NCBI GenBank assembly: GCA_977017645.1
Contig: OZ360229.1
Coordinates: forward strand, 102,920,001 to 102,984,000
DNA: 64,000 bases
Direction: 5' to 3'
DNA from: Torpedo marmorata
Lineage: Eukaryota
Translations under genes and position numbers: made by a program
In this document: in pieces, positions 63,553 through 64,000 of the stretch
Layout of the letters: each line of letters begins with the position of its first letter
Numbering within the stretch: position 1 is the stretch's first letter
The notes under the pieces: generated by a model
Told to the model about the DNA's origin: nothing
What the model saw: only the letters and a program-made list of their open reading frames with translations
The model's database searches: none

Positions 63553-64000
63553 TGATGAGCCCATCAATAACTCCAAAAGACTAGAAGTTACACAAGAACA
63601 GAAAGGCTTTTATTAGCAAAAGATTGGAGCTACATTCGTGCTGATGATCTGTCCCGGACTGGGGTAGGAGCCGTGGCACAATTGCCTTTATTCAAGGGGG
63701 TTTGTGGGAGGAGCCGCCGGGACAGTCAGCAGGGCATGTCCAGACTTATCGCCCAGCCCACAATCCATACACAGTGGTTTACCACATTCACCCCTCCTTT
63801 TTAAAAGAGTCCAGCGGGGTGAAGTGTATAATAACATTTACATTAACATTACAGATCAAGTCGATCAGGCGGTCGAGTCTGCCGTTGTGATCGGCGCAGT
63901 ACTTGTGGTGATGGGGCAGGTGGCGGAGCTACCTCCTGCCTGATCTGGGGTACTGCAGGTGGCGGAGCTACCTCCTGCCTGATCTGGGGTACTGCCACGT
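63553..64000 (-). mobile_element. 3' end of a Gypsy element related to 52134 (3' LTR 63553-63786); continues beyond the window
   Basis: On minus the LTR starts TGTGGTAAACCAC and ends TTATTGATGGGCTCATCA; PPT AAAAGGAGGGGTGAA; ORF end LRRSQRQTRPPDRLDL*. Confidence 0.88.

Overview
Eukaryotic, repeat-rich vertebrate genomic DNA, most likely from a cartilaginous fish (inferred from HE1-like tRNA SINEs with CR1-type tails plus CR1, Rex1/Babar, L1 and Penelope content). The only host coding sequence I can support is one 198-bp internal exon (37677-37874, +) of IGSF9B/turtle, so the rest appears intronic. Transposable elements present: two copies of a BEL/Pao LTR family, three Gypsy elements (one very young with identical LTRs), two solo LTRs, CR1/Rex1/L1/Penelope LINE fragments, many SINEs, a 5S-derived SINE, and several non-autonomous DNA transposons. 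The most notable observation is the complete BEL/Pao element (27134-35268). It lacks RT, RNase H and the integrase core, and instead carries an intronless coiled-coil segment resembling host MIPOL1 between Gag-protease and the integrase C-terminal tail; its Gag also starts with a SAP-like motif. Other highlights are a Gypsy element whose primer site pairs with its own LTR (possible self-priming), hammerhead-ribozyme-like cores in Penelope-type repeats, and a four-level TE nest. Protein family assignments come from motif recognition and recalled sequences, not database searches.
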